NCBI RefSeq assembly: GCF_963921235.1
Contig: NC_086118.1
Span: 28,584,001 to 28,648,000, forward strand
Reading direction: 5' to 3'
DNA from: Mobula hypostoma
Lineage: Eukaryota
DNA length: 64,000 nucleotides
Shown: positions 13,349 to 26,699 of the stretch, in pieces
How the letters are laid out: every line of letters starts with the position of its first letter
Position numbering within the stretch: the first letter of the stretch is position 1
The notes under the pieces: generated by a model
Databases searched by the model: none
Told to the model about the DNA's origin: nothing
Seen by the model: the letters and a program-made list of their open reading frames with translations, nothing else
Position numbers and translations under genes: made by a program

Positions 13349-16300
13349 GAAAGTGGTGTCACAGGTAGGAAGGCTTAAAACGATAGCTTTTAGCACAATG
13401 TTTTTCATAAATCAATGGTATTGAATACAGGAGTTGGGATGTAATGTTGAAATTGTGTATGATGTTGGTGAGGCCTAATTTGGTGTGTTGTGTCCAGTTC
13501 TAGTCACCTACCTACAGGAAAGATATAAATAAGATTGAAAGCGTGCAGAGAAAATTTACAATGATGTTGCCTGGACTGGTGGACCTGAGTTATAGGGAGT
13601 GGTTGAATAAATTTGGCCTTCATTCCTTAGAACTTATAAGATTGAGGAGAGATTTGATAGAGGTATACAAAATTATGAGGGGTATAGATTGGGTAAATGC
13701 AAGGAGGATTTTTTTCACTGAGGTTTGGTGGGACTACAACTGGAGGTCTTGGGTTAAGGATGAAAGCTAAAAGATTTAAGGGGATCTTCACTCAGAGGGG
13801 GCTGAGAGTGGAACAAGCTGCCTGCGCAAGTTGTGGAGGCAGGGTTGATTTCAGCATTAAGAGGAATTTTGATAGGTACATGGATGGGAGTGTTATGGAG
13901 GTCTATGGTCTGGGTGCAGGTCGATGGGATTCGGCTGATTAATGGTTAAGCATGGACTGTGTGGGTCAAAGGGCCTGTTTCTGCAGTATAGTTTTCTCTG
14001 AATCTGTGACTCATGCATATTTGTAAATGTCCATTAAGAATGTTTACTCAGTTATTATTTTAATCCTACTTTTCATTACTTTTGACATTTTTATTAATTC
14101 CTTCTCTGACTGCTTTATTACTGAGGTTTTTTTTTAATCACAAATCTTGCATAGATCTTAGAACTAGTACCCATTACAGGGTAAAGTCCAGACTTCTAGC
14201 TATATTCTGCCTTGTCTTTTAGCCTCAACACAGGGGCCATATGTCCCATCTGTCAAAAATGTAATGAATGCAAGTAAAATAATATAGCTGCAGCCTTTCT
14301 GGAGACTTCCTAGTATCACCATCCCGCAATCTTCTTTACTTAGCCAGAGGCCATTAGCTGTTTGATGAAGGCAGATATACTTGAAGAGAAGACTGTGATC
14401 TTCGTTAAGATGCAGAAGGCAAACAAGTCCTATTCAAAGAAAGGATAATTTATTGGCAATGTGAAATTTTCCTGTAATCTCAGGTCTTAAAACTGGGCTA
14501 ATTTATTCACAACTGCATTAACGGATACTGCATGCTTTGGATGTGTTCCAACGCTCTGTAATTAGTGTGCCTTGGACAGGAGCCAAGAAGCTGAAAGAAT
14601 TACAGTGCCTTCCATTCTTAATATGAGGCAATAAATAATCAGGCAACTGTTTTACAAAATTATACCAAATTGTATCTTTTACAACGCAAGATTTCTACAT
14701 GCACAGCTTCCAAAGAATAAATGCAATCGTATATAATCACAGCAGCCATGTCTCCTTTGTAAGTAGAATATAGAACAAAATCAAATGCTTATCATTATAA
14801 ATGTGAGATTTAAAAAAAATTAGTAATGCTGAAAAGCATAAGTGAATTGCATCACCTGAAGAAGATTTTTTTTGAAATCAAGAAGTTATCTTTGATAGAT
14901 ATTCAAAATGGGATGGCAACTCCAAATGTAATCTATTGTATCCATTACTGCTTGAAGTCAAGGTATTGCATACCTAATCCCCAGCATGAGTCATATAATC
15001 GTTGTCAACCCGGAGTGTTTAGATCTTTCAGTTGATGTTTTGCCTTTTATGGTGACCTGAAGTATATTCCAAAGAGTGTTTAGCAATGTGGGACTGACCC
15101 AAAAATTAATCTGCAGCCTTCAGGGACAGTGTTTCCTACCAGGTTTAATATCTCAGGCTCCAGTGGTTTAAAATTGTCTTGTGTTGTTTATGATGGCAAT
15201 AAAAGTGGTTTTCATATGTGGGCATAAGTAATTGCCTGTTACGATGTCTAATATACTGCAAAATATTGTTTGAATGCTTTGTTTGAAATTTGTATTACTT
15301 TATGACTATTTTAAATTAGTTTTTCAGTGTCACAACATCTTGCTTGTGTCAAATAGGCGTTGGAGTGTGAATACAGGAAAGTTGTATTATTTGGGTCACA
15401 GCTCAATTTAATCAATGTCTAGGTTTTGATGGGAACTGAGCAGCTTTTGGAAACTGTATAATGTATATGCATGCAATAACTTGGGGAAAGAATATGAAAT
15501 TAAGAGTACCCTGCAGTGAACTTCTAAAGACATTTTGAGTTTCTTCCTCTTTTTCTGTCATTGAAAGCATTGCTGACCTAACAGTTGATGCCAACTAATT
15601 TAGGTAGCTTTATACTTTCATTACATATCATTTTTAATTTCCTTGTTACTCTCCGAGAAATGTCCTGGTTACCCAAACTTACTTTTGTAAGCCTGTCCAA
15701 TTAAATTAGTAGAGTAAGCAGGATTCACTTGGCAGCTGAGTGTTGTCCGCAGAGTCTCTGCTCGATGTTGGAATGTGGCCTTTGAATTTGGAGCCAACTT
15801 CTAAACAAATGCAATAAACAGAAAAAAACACACAATTAGAAGTCTTCTTTTACTGTAGTGATTAAATTTAGCATGATCTACAGGAGGGAAGCTGATTATT
15901 TTCAGCTATGCTGAATTATGAAATATGTGTTTATAATTGAATGACACTGACAGCCAACTGTAGTGACTATGTCTGCATAGTCTAATCTCTTGTTCCTGTG
16001 CACTAATGTGGGGAATCTGCTGGAGTGAGGGGCTTGAGCCAAAGCATGGGTCCATTCACTTGAATGGAGGTCAGTGACCTTAATTAAAAAAAGTAATTTA
16101 ATCTGTTTACATTTTTTATTTATTTCTCAGCATAATATTTAAACTATTTAATAACAGTTTAATGTTCATTCGCAAAATATTCTGATCTCAACTTAAAGTT
16201 ATTTGAAAAACGTGATCTTTAAGAATTTCTCTGATGATTTGGTTTGTTTAAAGACAATGAAACTTTTATTTGCATGCCACTGTTACAGCACTGAAGGCAG

Positions 16301-17639
16301 GATCTCAAACTGTAACACCCAGAACATTGGTTACCACCTGCAGCCCTCTGCTCATGGGCCAGTTGCAGACCCAAAGCTTCAGTCTGATCATGTTGCTGCC
16401 AATTATAAATAGTGTGGCTAGCAGATGCTAGAATGGTGATAATAAGGTTGGGCTTTTAATAAAATTGAGTGCAATCTGGGCCAATGAATATTCATTTTTC
16501 ATTCATTATAAATATTTGATGTAACCCCATTGTGTTTGTTTATCACTATACCGGCTTTTACTTTGGCACAAATCCAAACTCACTGGCAAGGAAAACTTCT
16601 ACTAAAACTGCCAGTTAAATTATAAAAAGAACATTGATGTAAACATTTTTAAGAAAAACCACAATGTCTTTATTTAAGTTAGACAACGTGATATTTCATT
16701 AAGACACTTAATTAAAATATAGCAAATGTAAACTGGGAGTCTATGAACAACCCTGTGCAAAGGAAACTAATTGTGGGTGGTGCAATTTCCAATCTCGTTG
16801 GAAGAGGAGTTTGATAACATCTGTTCAGAGATGAAATATGGATAAGTAAAATAATCAGACAATTCATGCTATTATGAGCAAAAGGGAAAAAATGGTACAC
16901 AGACTTTAATTCAGTCCTTCTATAGCCTTAGGACACTAATAATTTGCTGCATTGTAGGGGAATGCTGCTATCAGTAGTGAAATGGTGACCGATTATCTTC
17001 ATTTTAGTGTTGCAAAGATAAATATCGCATAAACACAAGGAACATTGTGTTTTGAACATTGCAATTGATCTCTCATAACTGAGAGGACTAACAGAGCCTG
17101 CCTTTGCAATCTTGTGATAAGTGGCACATCAGCTGATGCAACATTGGTTTAGATTGACAGTAAAATGTCTGCATAGATAATTTTTGCACAAGCCTTCACA
17201 TTTAAGCTCATGACCTTATCATTTTGAATCAGGCAACAATTCTTTAATCAAGCCTTTTTTTTGGCTATGGGAAGTTGTGAGCTGGAATTAACAAGTGAGA
17301 ATGAACTCGCTTTTTGTTCTTAGTGGTCCAGGGGTAAAAAGAATTTTTAAAAAGTTTTATTTCAAGGGTTGAAATTTGTAATGAAAGTAACTCATGGTCC
17401 CCTGTTTGTGGCCTGTGGAAAAAATGTTATTGGTGGCTGGAATATTCTTTTTTCTATTAGTATGTTTTAAGTAATTCAGTCTGAATCTTAAATTGGCTAA
17501 AATAATTTAATATCATTAAAACATACTTGACCTTTAACTTATTGCAAAGAGTTAATGGTTTGCCATGAAGAATTACATATAGTTTAGAAAGTTAATGCCA
17601 ATAGATTTGTCCCATTTTAGTTCTGACAGAGGACTATTT

Positions 17640-17965
17640 GTTTTGTATAGAGGTATATAACATTGTGAGGGACATAGAGAGTGCTAGTCTTTTTTTATCC
17701 CCAAGGGAAGGGGAGTTAAAAACTAGAGGCCAAAGCATTAAGTAAAGAGATGAAAGATTTACGAGAAACCTGTAGTGCAATTTCTTCATACAGCAAAAAT
17801 GCTTGAGGCTGATACATCAACAACATTCAAAAGATATTTGGATGGGTGTATGGATAGGAAGAGTTCAGGGAGATGTGGGCCAAATACAGGCAAACACATC
17901 TTGATGTGCACCATGTGTTGGGCCAGAGTCTGTCTCGATGCTGTCATTATATGACTCTATTCTAT
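17640..17965 (+). mobile_element. Old CR1 3' fragment
   Basis: ATAGAGGTATATAACATTGTGAGGGACATAGA resembles the CR1 copy at ~13657. Confidence 0.6.
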
Positions 17966-18000
17966 AGCTCTTCTAAAATGGGACAGATAATGATCAACAT

Positions 18001-18490
18001 TCAAAGTAAATTATTAAAGTGCATATATGTTCCCATATGCTATCTCAAAGTTCATTTTCTTGCAGATATTTATAGGAAAAAAAGAAATACAATAGAGTTT
18101 ATGAAAAACAAACTCTCCTAAACGAAGACTGACAAACAGCCAGTGTGCAAAAGAAGGCAAACTGTGCAAAAACAAACTGAGAACGCGAGTTGTAAAGATT
18201 CCTTGAAACATGAGTGAGTACGTCATAGAATCAGCTCAGAATAGTCGAGATTGAACTTACTACACCGGTTCGTGAGCCTGATAGTTGAAGCATAGTAACT
18301 ACTCCTGAACCTGGTGGTGTGAGACATCCTGCCCAGTGGTAGTAGTGAGAAGAGGGCATAGCCTGTATGGTGTGGTCTTTGCTGCTGGATGTTGCCTTCT
18401 TGTGGCAGTGCTCAATGTAAATGTACTCAATTGTGAGGAGGGCATTGCCTGGGATAGACTGGGCTATATCCATCACTTTCTGTAGAATAT
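18001..18490 (-). mobile_element. Rex1/Babar 3' fragment
   Basis: AQSIPGNALLTIEYIYIEHCHKKA; 3'UTR similar to 30470-31020. Confidence 0.7.
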
Positions 18491-18601
18491 ATAAATACAG
18501 AAGTTAAGTAGATAACTACAATATAATATTTGTTATATGATTCACTCCTATATAGGCTTGTGAACATGATTTGAATATTATCACGTTTCTTTCATACTCA
18601 G

Positions 18602-18727
18602 GTCAGAGCGGGTTGGGAAAGTCCACATTAATAAACACCCTATTCAAATCCAAAGTTAGCCGTAAATCTATCGAAGGAAATGAGGAACGGATTCCCCAAA
18701 CAGTTGAAATGAAATCGATCAGCCATG
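18602..18727 (+). CDS. SEPTIN9: Septin-9 exon B (G1/P-loop)
   Basis: CAG acceptor, GTGAG donor; GQSGLGKSTLINTLFKSKVSRKSIEGNEERIPQTVEMKSISH; phase 1/1 fits neighbours. Confidence 0.95.
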
Positions 18728-19975
18728 GTGAGTTCACTTCTGTGATTAATTAGTCCGTGTATTTACCCAGTGAAGCTATTGCACTTGTTTGTCCAATGTT
18801 GGGTTCCGATGGCAGCGTCCGAGTATGGATATGTGTTGTCCTTCTTTTTGCTGTCTGTTCACAGTAGCAGCCGAAGGAGCTGGGAATGAATTGCCTTTCC
18901 AGGATGTTGTGGGGCTGGGGGAGCTGAAGGTTGCAGGCAAAGCTGGTGCAGTCATTGACATGAGTTTCGGAGAATGAAATACGATCAACAAAGATGCTAA
19001 AATCCTTGATGGCATAGGTATCATCTGCTAGAACTCCTTTAATTTTTTTTAAAATACAGGACAAAATAGTTCTATTGGCTTGTCTTACACACTGCAGATG
19101 TACTAACTAGTGCATGAAAACATGCATTCGTTAAGGCATTTGAACTAACAATCAGCCAAGGCTTTACTGCATCCTATGAGCCTGTAGCTTGCATTGGTGT
19201 CCACACAACGGGTAATACTTCTATGATAAGGGGAAAAATGTTACCTGACAATATATCTAAATACCTCAAGACCAACTACACACACCTTGATGCATGCCAG
19301 GACAAACATAAACACCCCTGAATTTAACAGTGAGCTCACGTATGTACGGGCTTCCCTCCCCTATGCAGTACAACCCGGATTGCCCTGCAATTATGAATGC
19401 AGCCCTTGATAAATTCAACTTAATGTGCAGGGAAACATGACTTTGAGTTGCAAAGTGGCTGAACCTTGCACTGCAAATACACAGCAACTCATTTGGGGAT
19501 CTTTAATTCGGAGTTCCTGGATTGATACCCATTGACAGTGAAGGACTGGAGAGATAATTTCCACGTTAGGATGATGTGAGATCTAAGTGGGACCTGCAGT
19601 TGGTTCTCCCCATGTGTTTACCACGCCAGGCAGAAGTGTTTCACGCATTTGACATCTGACTTAAGCCTGGGCTTCTAACTTGGTTGGCTGTCGTTCTTTT
19701 TACACTGCTTTATGGACAGGCCTTGTTCTGACCAGTCCGTATGACAGCATTATATCACACAAGGTCCTGCCACTAAAATTTGCACAGATCAGTAACATTA
19801 GACTCGAAAAAGGCAAATCTGCAGAGGTCGAAGTGAAAATAAGTAGAGGTTCTGATTCATTCTTAACTGGTTCCGTCTACAGCACAATGTTGCCACTGGA
19901 AGTATGTAATTATTGCCCAGTATTGATTTGATCGACTTGATTTAATCCATTTCAAACCAATCCCATTTCTTGCAG

Positions 19976-20057
19976 ATATTGAAGAAAAGGGGGTCCGAAT
20001 GAAACTAACAGTAATTGATACCCCAGGATTTGGTGACCAAATAAACAATGAGAATTG
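19976..20057 (+). CDS. SEPTIN9: Septin-9 exon C (G3 DTPG motif)
   Basis: TTGCAG acceptor, GTGAG donor; [28 protein letters not shown]. Confidence 0.95.
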
Positions 20058-20577
20058 GTGAGTATCTGTGTCTGCCTGGTGCATCTTTGCATCAGGCAAA
20101 AAAAAGGAATCAGCATTACCCAATTATAGTTGCAGTCAATGTCATCGCCTGAACCACATGCAGATTGCCAGAGGGGAAGATATACCTTGCAGATCGAACA
20201 TGTGGCTAAACAGCAGGGACTATGAATCATGTATTTCTAGCACCATTGCTGGAGGAAGGTCAGCTGTTTTATTGTAGCAAGTTGCATTTAAATCTGACCG
20301 TGACTAATATTCTGGAGAACAAGTCTGAAGGGCAGTAACTTGGCAGTGTGAACACTCAGAACTACAGGCAAGATTGTCTCTGGCCTTTTGATACTCCTGA
20401 TTGTATTATTGACTCAAAGGTAATTGAGATAGGTTTATTCCCAAAAGATACTTCTAGTTCCCACAATTATTCTTTGTTTATTTACCTGATGTGCTTCATT
20501 AGGCCAAAAACCATTTGCCTGCATGTATTTAGTGCCGAGGTTTTATCACCCTCTTTCTACTTCTGTGCAAGCTGTTA

Positions 20578-21088
20578 AGCCTGATTTATACTTATGCGTC
20601 AACGTGACGCCGTAAGAACTGCGTCACCGCAAACCCTATGCAGAGCCGACGCGGATCCCTATGCCAGAGCCTGATGTGCTCCTCTCCCAAAATGTAACTG
20701 CGCGTCGCGGCAACACAGAACGCAGTGGCTGTGATTGGTCCGCTTGGTACCATCGCATTTCCTCCTATGCTGCAGTAGCTTCCCATTGGGCAACTGAAGG
20801 GCAGGGAAGGAACTCTGGCTGCAATGCTTTCCATAAAGCTTTACAGACCTCCGAAATTATGGAGGGCACATTTCGGTTTTACGAAAAAAGACGCTCGCTT
20901 CTTGTTTACCCCAAGAAAGACTACCATGACCATGAAGCCTTGCACGGGCAGGTGTGTGTGCATGCGTGACGTGCGTGAATTGCAGAGCGACGCAGACACA
21001 CCAACGCACAAGTATAAATGCTCACCACACGCATAAGTCACTTGTGTAGGTTACGGTATCAAGTTAACACAGAAGTATAAATCAGGCT
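20578..21088. mobile_element. PIF/Harbinger-type MITE (511 bp)
   Basis: TIRs AGCCTGATTTATACTT..AAGTATAAATCAGGCT; TTA target duplication at 20575-20577 and 21089-21091. Confidence 0.88.
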
Positions 21089-21234
21089 TTAGAATCTGAC
21101 CTCCAGTTCACTATGTTCTTCCAGACCGCAGGGCACTGGTTCCTAGATCAATATGTGCAGACATTGCCACTAGCTGGTGACCACCAGCTATCTACGTGAT
21201 CCAGCCCAATGCACTTGAGGATCACAAGCTAGGT

Positions 21235-21440
21235 AGTGGAATACATTATAGAAGAGCTAGGGAACAGAGGGATCTGACGTGCATGTCTACAAATCCCTCA
21301 ACAGGTTGTTGAGGTTATTGGTCAAAGTGTAAAATACAAGAAAACAAGAGTACTGTAGAAACCAAGAACTGTATAAACACACCAGCTTGGCTGGCATGGG
21401 CACAATAAGTTAAATGGTCTACTCTTTTGCTGATTATATA
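21235..21440 (+). mobile_element. Old CR1 fragment
   Basis: GGAACAGAGGGATCT..AAATCCCT resembles CR1 RT-thumb region. Confidence 0.45.
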
Positions 21441-22024
21441 CTGCAAGGAAATTTGCAAGAGCATCACTGAAGCATTTTGCACTGTTATAACTGAGGTATG
21501 TTGGAGAAACATGACTTACTGTTATCTTTTCCTGTGCTGAGGCCAAAGCAGCCAGAATGTTGTTTTCAGCGTAAAGAAAGACAACCATTAGGCCCAAATG
21601 CAATTGCCTTTTTAAAAATTTAAAATGACATATTATTCCTTTCTTCGCAGTTTTCATCAAGCTACTTTAAATATGACTCTTAGACGTTTATTGTAGCAAC
21701 GATGGAAAAAAAACCCTTTAATATGCTGTAAATTACTCAGTTTTGAGAATATTGTGTGGGATGGAAAGCTGAATTTTAAAACTCTAAATTCTTACAGCTC
21801 TCTGAAATTATTGCTGTAGACTGATCCACACTCTTCCTCATGAGAATAAATATACTACTATAAAGCAAACACATCAAAGAAACATGACTTTTAGGAGCTT
21901 TAAGGAAAATCTGAATTTTATTTTTAATTTAGACTTTTAAATCAAGTTTAACAGTTGCTTTGAAAACTCTCCTGCAGTTATGTTTCTGTTTAATTACATC
22001 ATGCATTTCTAATTTTCCATTTAG

Positions 22025-22162
22025 CTGGCAACCCATCACAGAGTTTATTAATGATCAGTATGAGATGTACCTGAAAGAGGAGCTTACCGTCGATAGAAAG
22101 AAGCGGATTCCAGACACGAGAGTACATTGTTGTATATACTTCATTGCTCCAACTGGGCACGC
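22025..22162 (+). CDS. SEPTIN9: Septin-9 exon D
   Basis: TTAG acceptor, GTATGT donor; WQPITEFINDQYEMYLKEELTVDRKKRIPDTRVHCCIYFIAPTGHA. Confidence 0.95.
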
Positions 22163-22847
22163 GTATGTACCTTTTGGCTTCTGGTTTGTGTTATTGATTG
22201 CTGTTCTGAGAAAGGATAGCTGCAGAATGTCTTCTGGCAGCTCCAATAAACTGCTAGCCCCTGTTCTCCATTGACACCAATGAACTTTTTCCAAATGCTA
22301 TACATACCAATGGTGGTAACTGTTTAAAAACACTTCAGTTCAGTATCAAAACCATAATAGCTTTACTCATTTCATAAATCTTCTGAATTGAAGTGCAGTC
22401 CTTAGGTCCAGGGTGTAGTCCCAGGAAATAAATTAGATGTTTCAGACTTGAGGCTCAATTCTCAAGTTCACTTTACTGTGACTCGTAAGATCTCAGTGAG
22501 ACCATTCAATTCTATATTGTGCAGCAGACGTTTTGTTTTTAATTTCCTTGGAAGAAGAGAACCTTTGACTTTTTTTTACCTTAGGACTCGCTACATGTTT
22601 TTATCGAATCTATTAATGGATGAGGGGAGTTTCCTGGCTGTGTCCAAGCTGGCAAACTAAATGCAACTCTCTGTACGTTGAAATTGCAGTTAACTGACTT
22701 GCAATTCAGTAGTTAACTCGCATGTCCAGACCTAATATCCGATTCTTCAGTCAGCTCTTGTTTTCTGGCTGGACCTTGTGAGAAGATGCTGATCTCTGGG
22801 CCTCCCCTGGCTTTTGATGCTCAGGAATTGGCCATGAGGCTAATACT

Positions 22848-23430
22848 AAACAGGAGAAAATCTGCCGATGCTGGAAATCCGAGCAGCACACACGAAATGC
22901 AGGAGGAACTCAGCAGGCCAGGCAGCACCTATGGGAAAAAAAGTACAGTCGACTTTTCAGACTGAAACACTTCAGCAGGACTGGGGGGAAAAATTGAGGA
23001 GTAGATTTGAAAGGTGGGGGAGCGGAGAGAGGAAAACCAGGCAATAGGTGAAACTTGGAGGGGGAGGGATGAAGCAAAGAGCTAAGAAGTTGATTGGTGA
23101 AAGAGACAGAAGGCCATGGAAGAAAGAAAAAGGTGAGGGGGTGGAGGACCACCAGAGGGAGGTGATGGGGGGGGGCAAGGAGATAATATGACAGAGGGGC
23201 AAGGGGTGGGAAATGGTGAAGGGGTGATGTTCATGCCATCAGGTTGGAGGCTTCCCAAACAGAACATAAAGTGTTGTTCCTTCAGCCCAAGTGTGGCCTT
23301 ATTCCGACAGTGGAGGAGGCCATGGATGGACATATAGGGATGGGAAGTGGAATTAAAATAGGCAGCCACTGGGAGATCCCGCTTGTTCTGGCGGACAGAG
23401 CGTAGATGCTCGGCGATGTGGTCTCCCAAG
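22848..23430 (-). mobile_element. Penelope-like element 3' fragment with degenerate hammerhead (~22947-22982)
   Basis: LGDHIAEHLRSV..LKEQHFMFCLGSLQPDGMN; terminal repeat homologous to 6197-6340. Confidence 0.85.
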
Positions 23431-23662
23431 CATCTTTGCTGCATCCGCCAGAACAAATTTAGGCATAAATGCCGGCGATATGACAACAGTAATAGTAGTG
23501 CTGCATTGGTTAGTGATTTCACTCAGATGAGGCTTTAATTTGCCTGCCCTCTTAAAGGTGAAGCATCCCATGGGCACAATTTTGAAGATGACTATGAAAA
23601 TTCTCCCTGAAGAACTGTGTATCATATTATGTTAAGTTGCTATGTGTTGCATTCACCCTTTC

Positions 23663-23975
23663 TTTTTTTTTGTTTTGGTGTGTGCCTGCTTGCGTGCGCG
23701 TCTGTGTGTGTGCGCCTACGTGTGCATCTTTTTCATGACGTCTTTTTCATGCTTTTCACAAGGCGCGGAGTGAGAGAGAGACTGTGTGGCGCGCCACTCC
23801 CCACACAGACATTTTCGCGTATTTTTCCCTTTATTTTACGAGGTCGAATTGCAATCTCGACACTCAACGCAGCACGGATGGAAAGTGTACTCAGGAGCAA
23901 AAGCGACTGGTTTTGAACCCGGGAACCTCCACTCCCAGGTCCCTTGCTGATGTCATTGCACCACCAGCTGGCTCA
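23663..23975 (-). mobile_element. tRNA-derived SINE
   Basis: 14-bp TSD GCATTCACCCTTTC (23649-23662 / 23976-23989); A box TGGTGCAATG and B box GGTTCAAAACC on minus strand; A-rich tail. Confidence 0.88.
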
Positions 23976-24134
23976 GCATTCACCCTTTCATAGCTCAAAT
24001 GTATTTCCTTTTTAAGGACACTACATTGTAACTCTGAGCCTGCCAATATCTTGGGTGCGAAAATGTAAAAAACCCAGTATGGTTCTGTTACCCTCAGCAG
24101 TAAATGCATATGATTAATTGCAGATACACAGCCT

Positions 24135-24266
24135 GAAACTCTTGAAGTCCAGGGTAGTGTTAGTTTTTTACAGGTGGATTCAAGAACCTGATGGATGTGG
24201 GGAAGAAGCTCTCAATGAACTTTGACGAGTATGGCTTCAGGCTCCTGTACCTCCCACCTGATTGCA
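24135..24266 (-). mobile_element. Rex1/Babar short fragment
   Basis: TTCAAGAACCTGATGG..CTTCAGGCTCCTGTACCTC shared with other Rex1 copies. Confidence 0.55.
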
Positions 24267-24269
24267 TTC

Positions 24270-24640
24270 AACAGAAAATCTGTAGGGTTTGAAGTTGCAG
24301 AAAAATAGAGCAAATGTCGGTGGTGTGTAGGCTAAAGTGGTGAGGATAAAAATTACCTTAAAAATTACCAGTCAGAGACAGAAGAAGGAAAGGGAAGGAA
24401 AAAATTGAACAAGAGCCACAAGGGTTGTTCCCTGTAATTATTAAATTCAGTGTAGAATCCTCTGGGCTGCAGCAGACCCAGAAGGAATTAGAGGATTGGC
24501 TGCTCCAGATTACTCTGGACTACTTTGCGCATTGCTGGAGCATTGTAGGAGGCCAACTACAGAGAGAAAGTGGGACAGAGGTTTAACGTAACAGGTGATT
24601 GGAAGCTCAAAGTTGAACAGTGATGATCTGCAAAAATGCT
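24270..24640 (-). mobile_element. Very old Penelope-like relic
   Basis: Weak similarity to the GIY-YIG C-terminal region of the 22848-23430 copy. Confidence 0.35.
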
Positions 24641-24804
24641 TGTCATAAAGTGTATTATTCAATTTATGTAAATCAATGCTTGTCCACCTTTTTATTATCC
24701 TTAAAAGTTTGTTCAAGTCACTTAACCATATAAAATCTAGGGAGCACTCTCCTGGTTTTTGAAATTTCTTATTTACTAATGCTAGCAACCCAATGATTGG
24801 GGGC

Positions 24805-25420
24805 TGGTCTTTCTTCTCATGGATGAGCCACATCTATCTGAATCAACCGGTTTTAAAGTGCTAGTAACCCAACTTTGCCACTTCTCCTGTCAGTAGAAAT
24901 GGTTGTCAGAGGCAATTTGCGACGCATGCCATTGGGCGCATTTAATAGACAGTGGGAGCTTATCCCTTTCTCCTGGCAGTAGAACCATTTCTACTCTTGC
25001 CCTTGTCCAGCTCTTGCCCTTCACAGGTGGCTTAGCTACTAAGCCCAGCAAGACAGCAAAAGGGGCAAAGGTGGGTAACTGGCACCTGAAAACCAGTTGC
25101 TTTGGACAGACTGGGTTCATCAGCCCTGGTTGGCAGCTCATCTAGGAGAAGGAAAATTCTGATCTCAAACCTCCGCTGCCTTGCGGCTATCCCCACTCAG
25201 GCGGAAGGCTGTAGAAGTAAACCCTAAGGAAAAATATGGAGCTGAAGTCCTTAAGGCAGCCCTACATTGAGCTCAACACTGACTGGCAACTTCTGCAACA
25301 TCACTGGTGCCAAATGGTATCAATTTTTGCCGTTTATTTGGACTCATCAGCTGCATGGAGAGGGCAAGCCCACTTCGTGGACAACAGCTTGCTCTCTGTA
25401 TCACAGCAACCCAGGCCAGT
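24805..25420. mobile_element. Two head-to-head pieces of an RTE-related non-autonomous element (24805-24966 minus; ~25003-25420 plus)
   Basis: CTAGGAGAAGGAAAATTCTGATCTCAAACC (RTE-type 5'UTR motif); homologous to 39330-39879. Confidence 0.65.
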
Positions 25421-26254
25421 AAGGTGTAGGGCGGAGACTGCTCTGTACACCAAGCATGGTCTAACCAGGGTTTTGTGCAGAGGTATCCTAGATACCCCTT
25501 TGAACTCCAGGATATCACCTCCTTTGCTCTATCCCTTGCTCACACCAAACAAAACTTGATGTATGAAATCCTATCTAATGTCTGCCAGGATTTGATTGCT
25601 GCGGGGTGGTGTCTATTTGCAGATAATCATAGTAGCATTAATGTTGAAACATTGGGCCGTCTGCCTGAAATGCATTTGTGTAAGTGTTGGTGAGATGAGC
25701 TGGTATGTAGTTGCCGGCTGATACTGTAACTGTGCCTAAAGCTGCTCCTGAGGTCGCCTGCTATTTAGCTGAGCCTAAATGGTGTGCAGAGTAATGTCAT
25801 ATTGGGACAAATAGTCTACATGCACCATTTAAACAGGTACAACGCATTACTTAAAGGCAGCACTCTCCGTAAATCTAGCTTTGTTATCCACTGTTATTGT
25901 AATCTTAAGTGGAGCTATATTTTATGAAACAGAAGACACAGATACTATAATAATTTGGAAAAGTGAACCAGACGTGAAAAAGTCCAGAAGAGGGCAGCTG
26001 GATAATATCGTGTAATGAATTGAAGGGTGTAGCTAGGTATAATGGTATAACATCTTGGCAAACTATTTTGGGTGGAACAAAACAGCTGACTGGATTGGAA
26101 GCTAGAATAAAAGTTCTGAGAAAAGAAAATCAAGCTGCTCATTGGAATCTTCAAGCAGCTGAATCAAGGCTTCAGATATGGGGACCTTTCTTCAGAAATT
26201 GACCTTTATAAACTCCGCCAATGTCTTTTGTCCTACACTTGGCTCTAGCACTCT

Positions 26255-26395
26255 CTCCTCTTGAGACTGACATCCAAGTATGCAAGTCCTGCATCTTTAA
26301 TGTGAAAGTCTAGACTGACCTTTCGATACATTTCTGATGGAAACGTGCTCTGTAGGTGCTGTCATCTGGCGGTGATGTAAAACCTATTGAGATTA
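26255..26395 (+). mobile_element. Ancient Deu-domain SINE relic (SacSINE1/AmnSINE1-like)
   Basis: TCTAGACTGAC..GGTGCTGTCATCTGGCGGTGATGTAAAAC resembles the Deu core. Confidence 0.45.
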
Positions 26396-26699
26396 AGCTG
26401 CTGAAGATTAACATGGAGTTCTGATTATTTGCCTTATTACAAATAGAGCAAAAATCTGAGATGGTTGCAATTATTAATCAACTCAGCAGGCATTCACACA
26501 GACCATATTGTACTGTACACAAAGATGTAACTGCAGGAAGCAATCAGATAGGTAGGAAGCATGCAAAACATTAATTAAATGGTGCAAGACACTTCTGGGA
26601 AGAGCTATTTAGAAAAGGAGCCTGCTGGATTGAATGATATGTTTCTGTATTTCTTCCTCTGTTTACCTCTACATATCTGTAACTCTCTCAAAATTGCAT

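Larger units (their letters stand above)
10258..13990 (+). mobile_element. Decayed CR1 LINE (EN + RT + 3'UTR) with two nested insertions
   Basis: LRCVYFNAR (EN), DFCKAFDKFPHGRL, QGSVLG, KFADDTK, RRDLIEVYKIMRG. Confidence 0.88.
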
